A DNA stretch of 32,000 nt from an uncultured Chloroflexia bacterium (GTDB taxonomy: Bacteria; Chloroflexota; Anaerolineae; Anaerolineales; Anaerolineaceae): the NCBI GenBank assembly GCA_963704755.1, contig OY969938.1, positions 3,630,001 through 3,662,000 of the forward strand, in the 5' to 3' direction. This document shows positions 17,688 through 25,661 of the stretch, one piece after another. Position 1 is the stretch's first letter; every line of letters starts with the position of its first letter. The position numbers and the translations under genes are program-made. The notes under the pieces were generated by a model that had not been told where the DNA came from, ran no database searches, and saw nothing but the letters and a program-made list of their open reading frames with translations.

Positions 17688-17792
17688 TTATTTTTAGTTC
17701 GGTTTGCTAGTTTCAACGTACTTTTTGTTGAAAAGATCAAAATGTGTCATCTTTTGATCTGTAGGTTAATTTTGTCTTTTAAGGATGCCAGG

Positions 17793-20033
17793 ATGACTAA
17801 AAACACTGACCAATACCTCAAGATCCACCCCTGGAAGATTATCGAAGAAGATTTTCACCCCGATCGCAGCGAGATTTCGGAATCGCTTTTCTCGTTGGCG
17901 AACGAGCACCAGGGTGTCCGCGGTTATTTCGACGAAGGTTATTCGGGTGCAAGCCTGGTGGGCGTCTATCTCAACGGCATCTACGAAGAGAGATTCACAG
18001 AAGGCAGCGCCTACAAAGGAATCTCGAACCGGTTGGCCTTCATGGTCAACACGGTGAACTGGCTGTTCACCCAAATCAGCCTGGATGGCGAAACGCTCGA
18101 CCTGGCCGCCAGCCATTTTTCGGATTTTCGGCGGGAATTGGATTTCCGCTCCGGCCAGCTCACCCGCGAGTTTACCTGGGAAACGGCCACCGGGAAAAAG
18201 CTCAAATTGAGCTTTGCCCGCCTGCTGAGCATGCGTACCAGGGAACTGGCTTTTCAAAAGATCCGTTTTACTGCCTTGAATTTTAGCGGTCCAATATCGG
18301 TCAGCTCTGGTCTCGACTTTTCGGTGCCGCACCGGGCCTTTGGCCACAACTTTTGGGCCTGCCCGCGCAGCGAACAGGGAGCGATTCTGGGCGTGAGTGA
18401 ATTGATCGGCCAGCGCCTGTTCGCCGGGATGAAAGTCAATTCCGCCGGTGAGCAAGAAGAGATCCTCCGTGAAAAATTTATCGGGATCCGGACTGAAATC
18501 GCCCTCGAACAGGGGGCTGAGGTGGCCTTCGAAAAGCAGGTGATTCTGCAGACCAGCCGTGACCTTCACCAGCCATTGGACGCAGCCTGGGAATCCGGCC
18601 TGGCCCAATTGAACGGTTCCACCCCGGCCTACGACGAAGTGCTGCGTGAAAATGAGGCTTACTGGCAGGAATTTTGGTCGAAATCGGATATTCACATCGA
18701 CGGCGACGAAGAAACCCAGCAGGGCATCCGCTTCTGCATCTTCCAGATGCAGCAAACCTACCGGGGCGTGGTGGACGGGGCCAACATCGGCGCGAAAGGG
18801 CTGACCGGTGAGGCCTATAACGGCAACGCCTTTTGGGATACCGAGACTTACTGCCTGCCATTTTACTTGTTCAGTAACCCCCAAGCGGCCAAAGCCTTGA
18901 TCGATTTTCGCTACAAGACCCTGCCGCAGGCCAGGGCCCGCGCCCAAGACCTGGATTGCGCCGGCGCGTGCTATCCCATCGCCACCTCTGACGGCACCGA
19001 AAGCTGCACACTCTGGCAGCACGCCAGCTTGCAGTTGCAACCCACTACCGCCGTGGCGTACGCGATCTGGCATTATGTCAAAATCAGCGGGGATACGGCC
19101 TTCTTGCAAAAAGAAGGCAGCGAACTGCTGGTGGAAATCTGCCGGTTTCTGGCCAGCCGCGGACAGTGGTCGCCCCAGGGAAAATTTGGCTATTACGCCG
19201 TCATGGGACCGGACGAGTTCCAGATGATGGTCAATAACAACGCCTATACCAATTACATGGCCAAACGTACCTTCGAGTACACCTTGAGTGTGCTGCAAGG
19301 AACCGTTCCGGCTAATTTAGGGGTCACAGCGGAAGAACTGGCCGACTGGGACCGCAAGGCCAAAGCGATGATCCTGCCTTACGATCCTGAAACAGGCCTG
19401 TATGAGCAGCATGAAGGGTTCTTCCATTTGCCGCACATCGATGTGGACTCGATCCCGGTCGAAGATTTTCCTTTGTATTACCACTGGTCTTACGACCGGA
19501 TCTACCGCAATGACATGATCAAACAGCCCGACGTGCTGATGTTCATGTTCCTGTACAACCAGTCCTTTTCGCTGGCGGAAAAGCGGGCCAATTATGAATA
19601 CTATGAGCCGCGCTGCATCCACGAATCTTCCCTTTCTCCTTCGGTCCACTCGATTCTGGCTGAAGAGCTGGGACGGCAGCAAGAGGCCTTCGATTTCTTT
19701 CGCTTTGCCACGCGCATCGACCTGGATAATTACAACCGCAACTCCGCAGAAGGCATCCATACCACCTCGATTGCCGCTGCCTGGATGAATATCGTGTATG
19801 GGTTTGGGGGTATGCGCTCAGACGGCGACCTGCTTTCATTTAATCCGTCCATTCCCCCGAACTGGAAGGGCTATGGATTCCAAATTGTTTACCGGGAATC
19901 GCGCATTCGGGTCGAAGTGACCCAAGAGCAGGCGACCATCCGGGTGACCGCAGGGCCGGCTGTGGCGGTAATAGTGGCCGGGCAGGCCGTGCGGCTGAAT
20001 CGGCAGGGAATCGCGCTCAGCCTGGGGTCGTAA
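17793..20033 (+). CDS. glycoside hydrolase family 65 alpha-glucoside phosphorylase (kojibiose/nigerose/maltose phosphorylase family)
   Basis: GH65 architecture and motifs are present: GLTGEAYNGNAFWDTE, GPDEF with the putative general-acid Glu, NNAYTN, and YEPRCIHESSLS (phosphate site). The start is placed at ATG 17793 (MTKNTDQYLKIHPW), with AAGGA 7 nt upstream. Confidence 0.85.
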   Translation: MTKNTDQYLKIHPWKIIEEDFHPDRSEISESLFSLANEHQGVRGYFDEGYSGASLVGVYLNGIYEERFTEGSAYKGISNRLAFMVNTVNWLFTQISLDGETLDLAASHFSDFRRELDFRSGQLTREFTWETATGKKLKLSFARLLSMRTRELAFQKIRFTALNFSGPISVSSGLDFSVPHRAFGHNFWACPRSEQGAILGVSELIGQRLFAGMKVNSAGEQEEILREKFIGIRTEIALEQGAEVAFEKQVILQTSRDLHQPLDAAWESGLAQLNGSTPAYDEVLRENEAYWQEFWSKSDIHIDGDEETQQGIRFCIFQMQQTYRGVVDGANIGAKGLTGEAYNGNAFWDTETYCLPFYLFSNPQAAKALIDFRYKTLPQARARAQDLDCAGACYPIATSDGTESCTLWQHASLQLQPTTAVAYAIWHYVKISGDTAFLQKEGSELLVEICRFLASRGQWSPQGKFGYYAVMGPDEFQMMVNNNAYTNYMAKRTFEYTLSVLQGTVPANLGVTAEELADWDRKAKAMILPYDPETGLYEQHEGFFHLPHIDVDSIPVEDFPLYYHWSYDRIYRNDMIKQPDVLMFMFLYNQSFSLAEKRANYEYYEPRCIHESSLSPSVHSILAEELGRQQEAFDFFRFATRIDLDNYNRNSAEGIHTTSIAAAWMNIVYGFGGMRSDGDLLSFNPSIPPNWKGYGFQIVYRESRIRVEVTQEQATIRVTAGPAVAVIVAGQAVRLNRQGIALSLGS

Positions 20034-20093
20034 GCCCAGGCTTGTTCCGCAGGTCGGTGGTGAAAATACTTGTTCGTGGAGCAGGGTTAAATC

Positions 20094-22424
20094 ATGGAAT
20101 GGATGATCACTGAGGCAAATCAGTTTACTTTACAGGATGTCGATCGGCAGGGCATTAAAATGTTGATCGGTAACGGGTATTTCGGCTACCGGGGTACCCT
20201 GGAGGAATATTCGAAAGCGGAGAAAACCGCCACGATTGTGTGCGGAATTTACGACCAGGTGGGCGGCCAGTGGCGCGAACCGGTCAACTTTCCGAACGGC
20301 GGCCATGTTCTGGTGTATTACAAGGGGCGTCCGCTGCATGTGCGGCAAAGCAAAGTCGTCGATCATATTCAGGAGATCGACATCCACAATGCCATCCACC
20401 GGCGCAAGACCACCTTCGATGCCGGCGATGGCACCCAAATCACCGTGTCCTCACGCCGGTTCGCCAGCCTGGCCAGGCTGCACCTGTTGTGCGAGGAGTA
20501 CACGGTTTCGGCCAGCCGCGCCTGTGAGATAGAGATCGAGACCGGGATCGACGCGGATGTCTGGGACATCAACGGCCCGCACCTGCCCGGCCTGGTCTCC
20601 GAGGAGCAGGCGGGCATTCTTTCCGTCCAAGGGGTGACTCATGAGACTGCCCTGCCGATCGCAGTCGCGGAGAGGATCATCTGCCAGGGAATGGATTGCG
20701 CCTGCGAAGAAACCCTGCGGCAGGAATCCGGCGGTTCTATTTACCGCCACTTGCAGGTCAGTTTGAGCGGGAAAGGGTTTACGTTTTACAAATTTGTGGC
20801 CCTGCATACCGGCCTCGAAGATCCGAATCCATTGGAAGCCGGCCGGCAAACCTGCCGGGAAGCTGCGCTGGCAGGTTTTTCGACCCTGCTCGAAGAGCAC
20901 CTGAACCTGTGGGAGCAGCGCTGGCAGACCTGTGATATCCAGATCGAAGGGGATCCGCTGGCGCAAGAAGCCCTGCGTTTTAGCATTTACCAGTTGCTGG
21001 CCATCGTACCCACCCACAGCGAGTATGCTTCCATCCCCGCCCGGGGGATATCCGGGCAAATGTACAAAGGGGCGATCTTTTGGGACACCGAGATCTTCAT
21101 GCTGCCATTTTTCACCCACGCCTTCCCCGCAATCGCCCGGAATTTGTTGCTCTATCGCTATCACACGCTGGATGGCGCCCGGCGCAAAGCCAACGAGCTG
21201 GGGTATCGCGGGGCGTTCTATGCCTGGGAGAGCCAGGACAACGGCGATGACGCCTGCACCTATTTCAACATCACCGACGTGTTCACCCAACGCCCGATGC
21301 GGACCTATTTTCGGGATAAACAGGTCCATATCAGCGCCGATATCGCGTACGCGTTCTGGCAATATTACCTGGCCAGCGGGGATGAATCGATCTGGCTCGA
21401 CGGCGGGGCCGAAGTTGTGTTCGAGTGCGCGCGGTTTTTCTTTTCATACATCTATTACAGCCCCGAAAGGCACCGCTACGAGATTCTGGACGTCACCGGC
21501 CCGGATGAGTATCACGAACGGGTACATAACAATGCCTTTACCAACCGTTTGATTGCCCACACCTTCGATATTTGCCTGTACCTATCGGCTTATTTGCAGG
21601 AGAATGTCCCCGATTTTTACCAGGACCTGGTAGAGAGAATTGATTTTGAGGCCGACCTGGCTCTGATTGCGGAGGTTGCTTCCAGTTTGTATCTGCCGGA
21701 TGCCATTTCCGATGGAGACATCATTCCCCAGTTCGACGGCTATTTTTCTCTAGAAAATATCCCGCTGGCCACTTTGCTGGCTGGCCGGCTCGACCCTAAC
21801 GAGTACCTGGGCGGGGGCAACGGCCTGGCGACCACTACCCAAATCATCAAGCAAGCCGATGTAATATTGATGCTGTATTTGTTCGGCGAGCGCTACCCGC
21901 TTCAAACCAAACGGGCCAACTGGGAGTTCTACGAGCCGCGCACCGAGCACGGCTCCAGCTTGAGCGCCTGTTCCTATTCGATGATCGCTGCAGAAATCGG
22001 CAAGGTGGATTGGGCCTACAAGTATTTCTTGAAAACGGCCATGATCGATATCAAAGGCGAGGGCAAGCAGTACGTCGGTACGCTTTATATCGGCGGCACC
22101 CATACGGCCAGCGATGGCGGCGCCTGGATGTCGGCCGTCTTTGGCCTGTGCGGCATCCACAGCGCCGGAGAGATCATCTCGATCCACCCGCACCTTCCCA
22201 GCCATTGGACCAAAGTGACCCTCCCCTTTGCCATCCGCGGGCAGCGATTGCTTTTTACCCTGACTCACGATCAGGTGACCGTCAGACCGCTGGTCCCGCT
22301 CAGTACGAACCTCTCCATCGCCCTCGGCGACCACATTTATCCGCTGCATTCTACTGGTGAGCTGGTCCTGCCCCTGGCGGAACAGCCGGGCGAAGCGGCT
22401 TCGCTCAGTACGGCGACTGTTTAA
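20094..22424 (+). CDS. second glycoside hydrolase family 65 phosphorylase (diverged paralogue)
   Basis: 776 aa, with FWDTE, VTGPDEYHERVHNNAFTN and YEPRTEHGSSLS. It is only distantly similar to the upstream GH65, so a different specificity is likely. Confidence 0.85.
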   Translation: MEWMITEANQFTLQDVDRQGIKMLIGNGYFGYRGTLEEYSKAEKTATIVCGIYDQVGGQWREPVNFPNGGHVLVYYKGRPLHVRQSKVVDHIQEIDIHNAIHRRKTTFDAGDGTQITVSSRRFASLARLHLLCEEYTVSASRACEIEIETGIDADVWDINGPHLPGLVSEEQAGILSVQGVTHETALPIAVAERIICQGMDCACEETLRQESGGSIYRHLQVSLSGKGFTFYKFVALHTGLEDPNPLEAGRQTCREAALAGFSTLLEEHLNLWEQRWQTCDIQIEGDPLAQEALRFSIYQLLAIVPTHSEYASIPARGISGQMYKGAIFWDTEIFMLPFFTHAFPAIARNLLLYRYHTLDGARRKANELGYRGAFYAWESQDNGDDACTYFNITDVFTQRPMRTYFRDKQVHISADIAYAFWQYYLASGDESIWLDGGAEVVFECARFFFSYIYYSPERHRYEILDVTGPDEYHERVHNNAFTNRLIAHTFDICLYLSAYLQENVPDFYQDLVERIDFEADLALIAEVASSLYLPDAISDGDIIPQFDGYFSLENIPLATLLAGRLDPNEYLGGGNGLATTTQIIKQADVILMLYLFGERYPLQTKRANWEFYEPRTEHGSSLSACSYSMIAAEIGKVDWAYKYFLKTAMIDIKGEGKQYVGTLYIGGTHTASDGGAWMSAVFGLCGIHSAGEIISIHPHLPSHWTKVTLPFAIRGQRLLFTLTHDQVTVRPLVPLSTNLSIALGDHIYPLHSTGELVLPLAEQPGEAASLSTATV

Positions 22425-22435
22425 AGGAAGGCCTC

Positions 22436-23080
22436 ATGATTCAAGAATTCCGCGCCGCTATTTTCGACCTGGACGGCGTCATCGTCGATACAGCCAAATA
22501 TCACTATCTGGCCTGGCAGAAATTAGCGCAGTCCCTGGGGTTCGACTTTACCGAAACCCAAAATGAGCGGCTGAAGGGGGTCAGCCGCATGCGCTCGTTG
22601 GAAATTCTGCTGGAAATCGGCCAGATCGAAGCCGATGCGGCTGCCCAAAAGCAAATGGCCGATCAAAAAAACGGCTGGTATGTCGAATACATCCGCCGGC
22701 TCGACCCGAACGAAATTCTCCCGGGTGCATTGGACTATTTGCATGGCCTGCGCGGACGGGGGATCAAAACCGCTATCGGCAGCGCCTCGAAGAATACCCA
22801 AATGATCCTGGAGCGCCTGGAGATCAGCCCGCTCTTCGATGCCGTCATCGACGGGAACCGGGTTTCGCGGGCCAAACCGGACCCGGAAGTTTTTCAAACG
22901 GCAGCCGCTGCGCTTGGCGTTTCGAATGATCGCTGCGTCGTCTTCGAAGACGCCGAAGCCGGGATCCAGGCCGCGCTGAGCGCCGGCATGGGCGCCGTAG
23001 GAATCGGCAGCCCTGAAATTCTCTGCCAGGCCGATGTGGTCATCGGCGGCCTGTGGCAACTGGTATTGTTACAAGCATAA
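22436..23080 (+). CDS. pgmB: beta-phosphoglucomutase
   Basis: The 214-aa HAD protein begins AAIFDLDGVIVDTAKYHYLAWQKLA...ERLKGVSR, which matches my memory of lactococcal/E. coli beta-PGM. It follows the GH65 phosphorylases, which release beta-glucose-1-phosphate. AAAGGAAGG RBS. Confidence 0.85.
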   Translation: MIQEFRAAIFDLDGVIVDTAKYHYLAWQKLAQSLGFDFTETQNERLKGVSRMRSLEILLEIGQIEADAAAQKQMADQKNGWYVEYIRRLDPNEILPGALDYLHGLRGRGIKTAIGSASKNTQMILERLEISPLFDAVIDGNRVSRAKPDPEVFQTAAAALGVSNDRCVVFEDAEAGIQAALSAGMGAVGIGSPEILCQADVVIGGLWQLVLLQA

Positions 23081-23115
23081 GGGGGGACTGCTCGGCCTAA
23101 CAGATAAGAACGCCG

Positions 23116-23160
23116 AATTGAGGTGTTTGCGGGGGCTTCGCCCCCGCAAACACCTCAATT
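23116..23160. repeat. palindromic intergenic element, copy D (likely bidirectional terminator between pgmB and the methyltransferase gene)
   Basis: AATTGAGGTGTTTGCGGGGGC-TTC-GCCCCCGCAAACACCTCAATT. The stem is a perfect 21 bp, followed by TTTCGGGG. Confidence 0.75.
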
Positions 23161-23311
23161 TCGGGGACTTTCTAACCTAAGCCTGAGTAGTTACGAAAAG
23201 TTTTATGAAATTTATTAGAGAGTGTCTTTTTAAACCTCCTGAAAAGTTAAGACCCTGACTATTTGTTTGGACAGTGATTTTTTATTATTCTAATGAGATA
23301 GTCCTTCACAA

Positions 23312-24109
23312 CTATTTTTGCCCAATTGTGTATGAAGTAAAAATAGCTGGGTCCCCTTTGGGTTGTTTTTTGTTGCACCAAAAAGTAATTTGATCTACCA
23401 ATTCTTTTGTCCAAAGAGGAGGAGCGATCTGCGAATACAATTTTGTATATTCCAATACCAATGCAAAGAATTTATCTGGCCCTACCGTATGTGGTGAAAT
23501 ATGATTGATCATTGAACTAATGTTTTTGTAATTTGCCTTTGAAAGACTTTCCGGGAGCTTTAAGCCAATATGAGCATGTGCTTTTGCACTCTTGTATGTT
23601 GCTATTTCTTTTTTTCTAAACTTTTTCCAAATTTCATCTTCAATATTTAGCGAGCTAATAAAATATTCTATGATCACTATCCATCCATTTGGGTTTAATT
23701 TTTCATGTGCTGACAACAAGAAAGCATCGATATCAACAAAATTTCTTATATGTTCAATGGCAAAACGAGCCATAATTAGATCATAAGTGGATTCTAAAAT
23801 GGTAGTACCAAAATTTGCTTGAAAAAAATTAATATCTAACTTCGATTTTTGACATTTAGCCTTTGCCATTTCGATAAGGTTTTCATTGACATCGATTGCA
23901 TCAAAAGCAATATGGTTAGTATTCTTAGCCAGTTCAATTAAGAACGAACCTTCACCTGTTCCAATATCAAGAACAGTTTCCACGTTATGCCGGTTTAAGA
24001 TGTTTATTAAGAAGGGAAAGTCGAATATCCCAAATGCATCAATTTGTGCTCTGTAAACAGATTCGATTTGGATTTTCGTATCCGTAATGGCATTGTTCAT
24101 TTGATTCAT
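23312..24109 (-). CDS. class I SAM-dependent methyltransferase in an AT-rich insert
   Basis: Motif I VLDIGTGEGSFLIELA, post-I FDAIDVN, and DLIMARFAIEH. The start is uncertain (ATG at 24109 or 24100; the track ORF extends to 24157). The gene and its flanks are visibly AT-rich relative to the rest of the window. Confidence 0.75.
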   Translation of the reverse strand: MNQMNNAITDTKIQIESVYRAQIDAFGIFDFPFLINILNRHNVETVLDIGTGEGSFLIELAKNTNHIAFDAIDVNENLIEMAKAKCQKSKLDINFFQANFGTTILESTYDLIMARFAIEHIRNFVDIDAFLLSAHEKLNPNGWIVIIEYFISSLNIEDEIWKKFRKKEIATYKSAKAHAHIGLKLPESLSKANYKNISSMINHISPHTVGPDKFFALVLEYTKLYSQIAPPLWTKELVDQITFWCNKKQPKGDPAIFTSYTIGQK

Positions 24110-24172
24110 GTTTTTTGCTCTGTTACAACAAATAATCGAAACGTGAAGATCGAGCATCTAGCGCCATAAATT

Positions 24173-24357
24173 GTTTCAATCCCCTTGAACGGGGCGGGGG
24201 TATTCCGGGCCATCTGGGCTGTCGGAATATTGGTAATTTTCGTTATGTTTCAATCCCCTTGAACGGGGAGGGGGTATTCCGGGCTATTGACATGCAAGCC
24301 GTCGTGGCCGTTATTATGGCGTTTCAATCCCCTTGAACGGGGAGGGGGCATTCCGGG
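24173..24357 (-). CDS. placeholder
   Basis: placeholder. Confidence 0.
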
Positions 24358-24423
24358 CAGGTGCCTAACTGCTCCCTCTCAGCCGATCCAAACAATGACC
24401 TTTCCCCGGTTTAGTAGACATAG

Positions 24424-25281
24424 TTAAAGGGTGAGGTTTTCGAAATCAACGGGGCTGAGGTAGCCCAAAGTAGAGTGTAGTCGTTGGCGATTGTACCAAA
24501 CCTCCAGGTATTCAAAAATGGTCGTGCGAGCCAAGGTACGGGTAAGAAATGGACCCGTAACGCATTCGGTTTTCAGAGTGCCAAAGAAACTCTCCATGAC
24601 CGCATTGTCGTAACAGTTGCCAGCCCCGCTCATACTCAGTTGGGCCAGAGCTTCGGTCAAGCAGGAGCGGTAGGCAGCGCTGGTGTACTGGCTGCCCTGA
24701 TCGGAGTGGTGCAGCAGGCCAGCCGGTGGATGACGTCCCAGGAGGGCCATACGCAAAGCTGTTTCTACCAAGGCGGTGTCCATCTTCTGGCTCATCGACC
24801 ACCCAATCACTTTGCGGGAGAACAAGTCCAAGACCACGGCCAGATACAACCAGCCTTCTCCGGTCTCGATGTAGGTAAAATCACTGACCCATTTCTGGTT
24901 GGGGGCAGAGGCGGAGAAGTCCTGGTTCAGCCGGTTGGGGGCAGGAATCGCCCCTGGCTGGCGGTGGGTGGTCACTGGACGGTACTTGCGCCTTGCAAGG
25001 GCTGCGATCCCATGCAAACGCATCAGGCGTGCCACCCGATTATGCCCACACACTACCCCTTTTCGCCGCAGAACCACGTACACACGCGGGCTGCCATATG
25101 TTTTCCGGCTGCGCTCATGCTCTGCTGTAATCAGCTCCAGCAGAGCCTGGTTGGCTTGTTCCCGCGTGCTGGGCGTTCGTTTCCGCCAGGCGTAATACCC
25201 ACTGCGCTTCACACTCAGCATCCGGCACATCCGCTTGATCTGAAATTGCTCTTCGTGGGCAGCCATAAACGTGTACTTCAT
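24424..25281 (-). CDS. IS3 transposase OrfB (DDE/rve integrase core)
   Basis: 285 aa, including WVSDFTYI, HSDQGSQYTS and NAVMESFFGTLKTE. Its ATG overlaps the orfA stop (ATGA). It is probably expressed as an OrfAB fusion by -1 frameshifting. Confidence 0.9.
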   Translation of the reverse strand: MKYTFMAAHEEQFQIKRMCRMLSVKRSGYYAWRKRTPSTREQANQALLELITAEHERSRKTYGSPRVYVVLRRKGVVCGHNRVARLMRLHGIAALARRKYRPVTTHRQPGAIPAPNRLNQDFSASAPNQKWVSDFTYIETGEGWLYLAVVLDLFSRKVIGWSMSQKMDTALVETALRMALLGRHPPAGLLHHSDQGSQYTSAAYRSCLTEALAQLSMSGAGNCYDNAVMESFFGTLKTECVTGPFLTRTLARTTIFEYLEVWYNRQRLHSTLGYLSPVDFENLTL

Positions 25282-25586
25282 CCGCCTTTCCGGGAGAAAA
25301 TGTTGACTACTTTTTTTAGGATCTCTCGCTCTTCGGCTATCTCCTTCAGCTCCCGTTGCAAACGCACAATCTCCCTTTTGGCCGCTTCTAAATCACTCGG
25401 TACCAGCTTCGGCTCCTGGTTCTCTGGCAACACCACCTCGTATCGATCCCGCCACTTTAGCAACATCCCTGGCGTTATCCCCAGTTCCCGCTCAAGCTGT
25501 CCTGCACTCTTCCCGCTGCTTTTCAGCAGCTCTAACGCTTCCCGCTTGAACTCATCGGTGTATTCTCGATATTTCTTGTCACTCAT
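25278..25586 (-). CDS. IS3 transposase OrfA (HTH), with A AAA AAA slippery site at 25311-25317
   Basis: MSDKKYREYTDEFKREALELLKSSGKSAGQLERELGI..., with a leucine-zipper-like C-terminus. A GGAGGAAGG RBS precedes the ATG at 25586. The A7 run lies about 30 nt before the stop, as at IS3 programmed-frameshift sites. Confidence 0.85.
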   Translation of the reverse strand: MSDKKYREYTDEFKREALELLKSSGKSAGQLERELGITPGMLLKWRDRYEVVLPENQEPKLVPSDLEAAKREIVRLQRELKEIAEEREILKKVVNIFSRKGG

Positions 25587-25661
25587 GACCTTCCTCCGTT
25601 CCCTTTTACTGTACATCTCTCACCCTTCATTCGTGTCTACTGATTCGGGGAAAGGTCACAA

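Larger units (their letters stand above)
24396..25658 (-). mobile_element. IS3-family insertion sequence (1263 bp) inserted in the CRISPR array
   Basis: The ends are 5-TG...CA-3. The imperfect inverted repeats are TGACCTTTCCCCGGTTTAGTAGACA (24396-24420) and the reverse complement of 25634-25658, TGACCTTTCCCCGAATCAGTAGACA. A 3-bp direct duplication, CAA, flanks the element at 24393-24395 and 25659-25661. It carries an orfA/orfB pair with an A7 slippery run. Confidence 0.9.

Noticed and set aside
17766-19298. 510-aa minus-strand ORF opposite GH65-1, and the 303-aa ORF 20451..21362 opposite GH65-2
   Set aside because: Both are antisense shadows of well-supported GH65 genes. They are Gly/Pro/Ala/Arg-rich and have no RBS or recognisable domain.
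21040-21090. Gln in place of Glu in the GH65-2 motif GISGQMYKGAIFWDTE (GH65-1 has GLTGEAYNG), considered as possible catalytic inactivation
   Set aside because: As far as I recall, the GH65 general acid is the Glu of the GPDE(Y/F) motif, which is intact in both paralogues (GPDEF and GPDEY). The SSLS phosphate site is intact as well. The substitution is more likely related to specificity than to inactivation.
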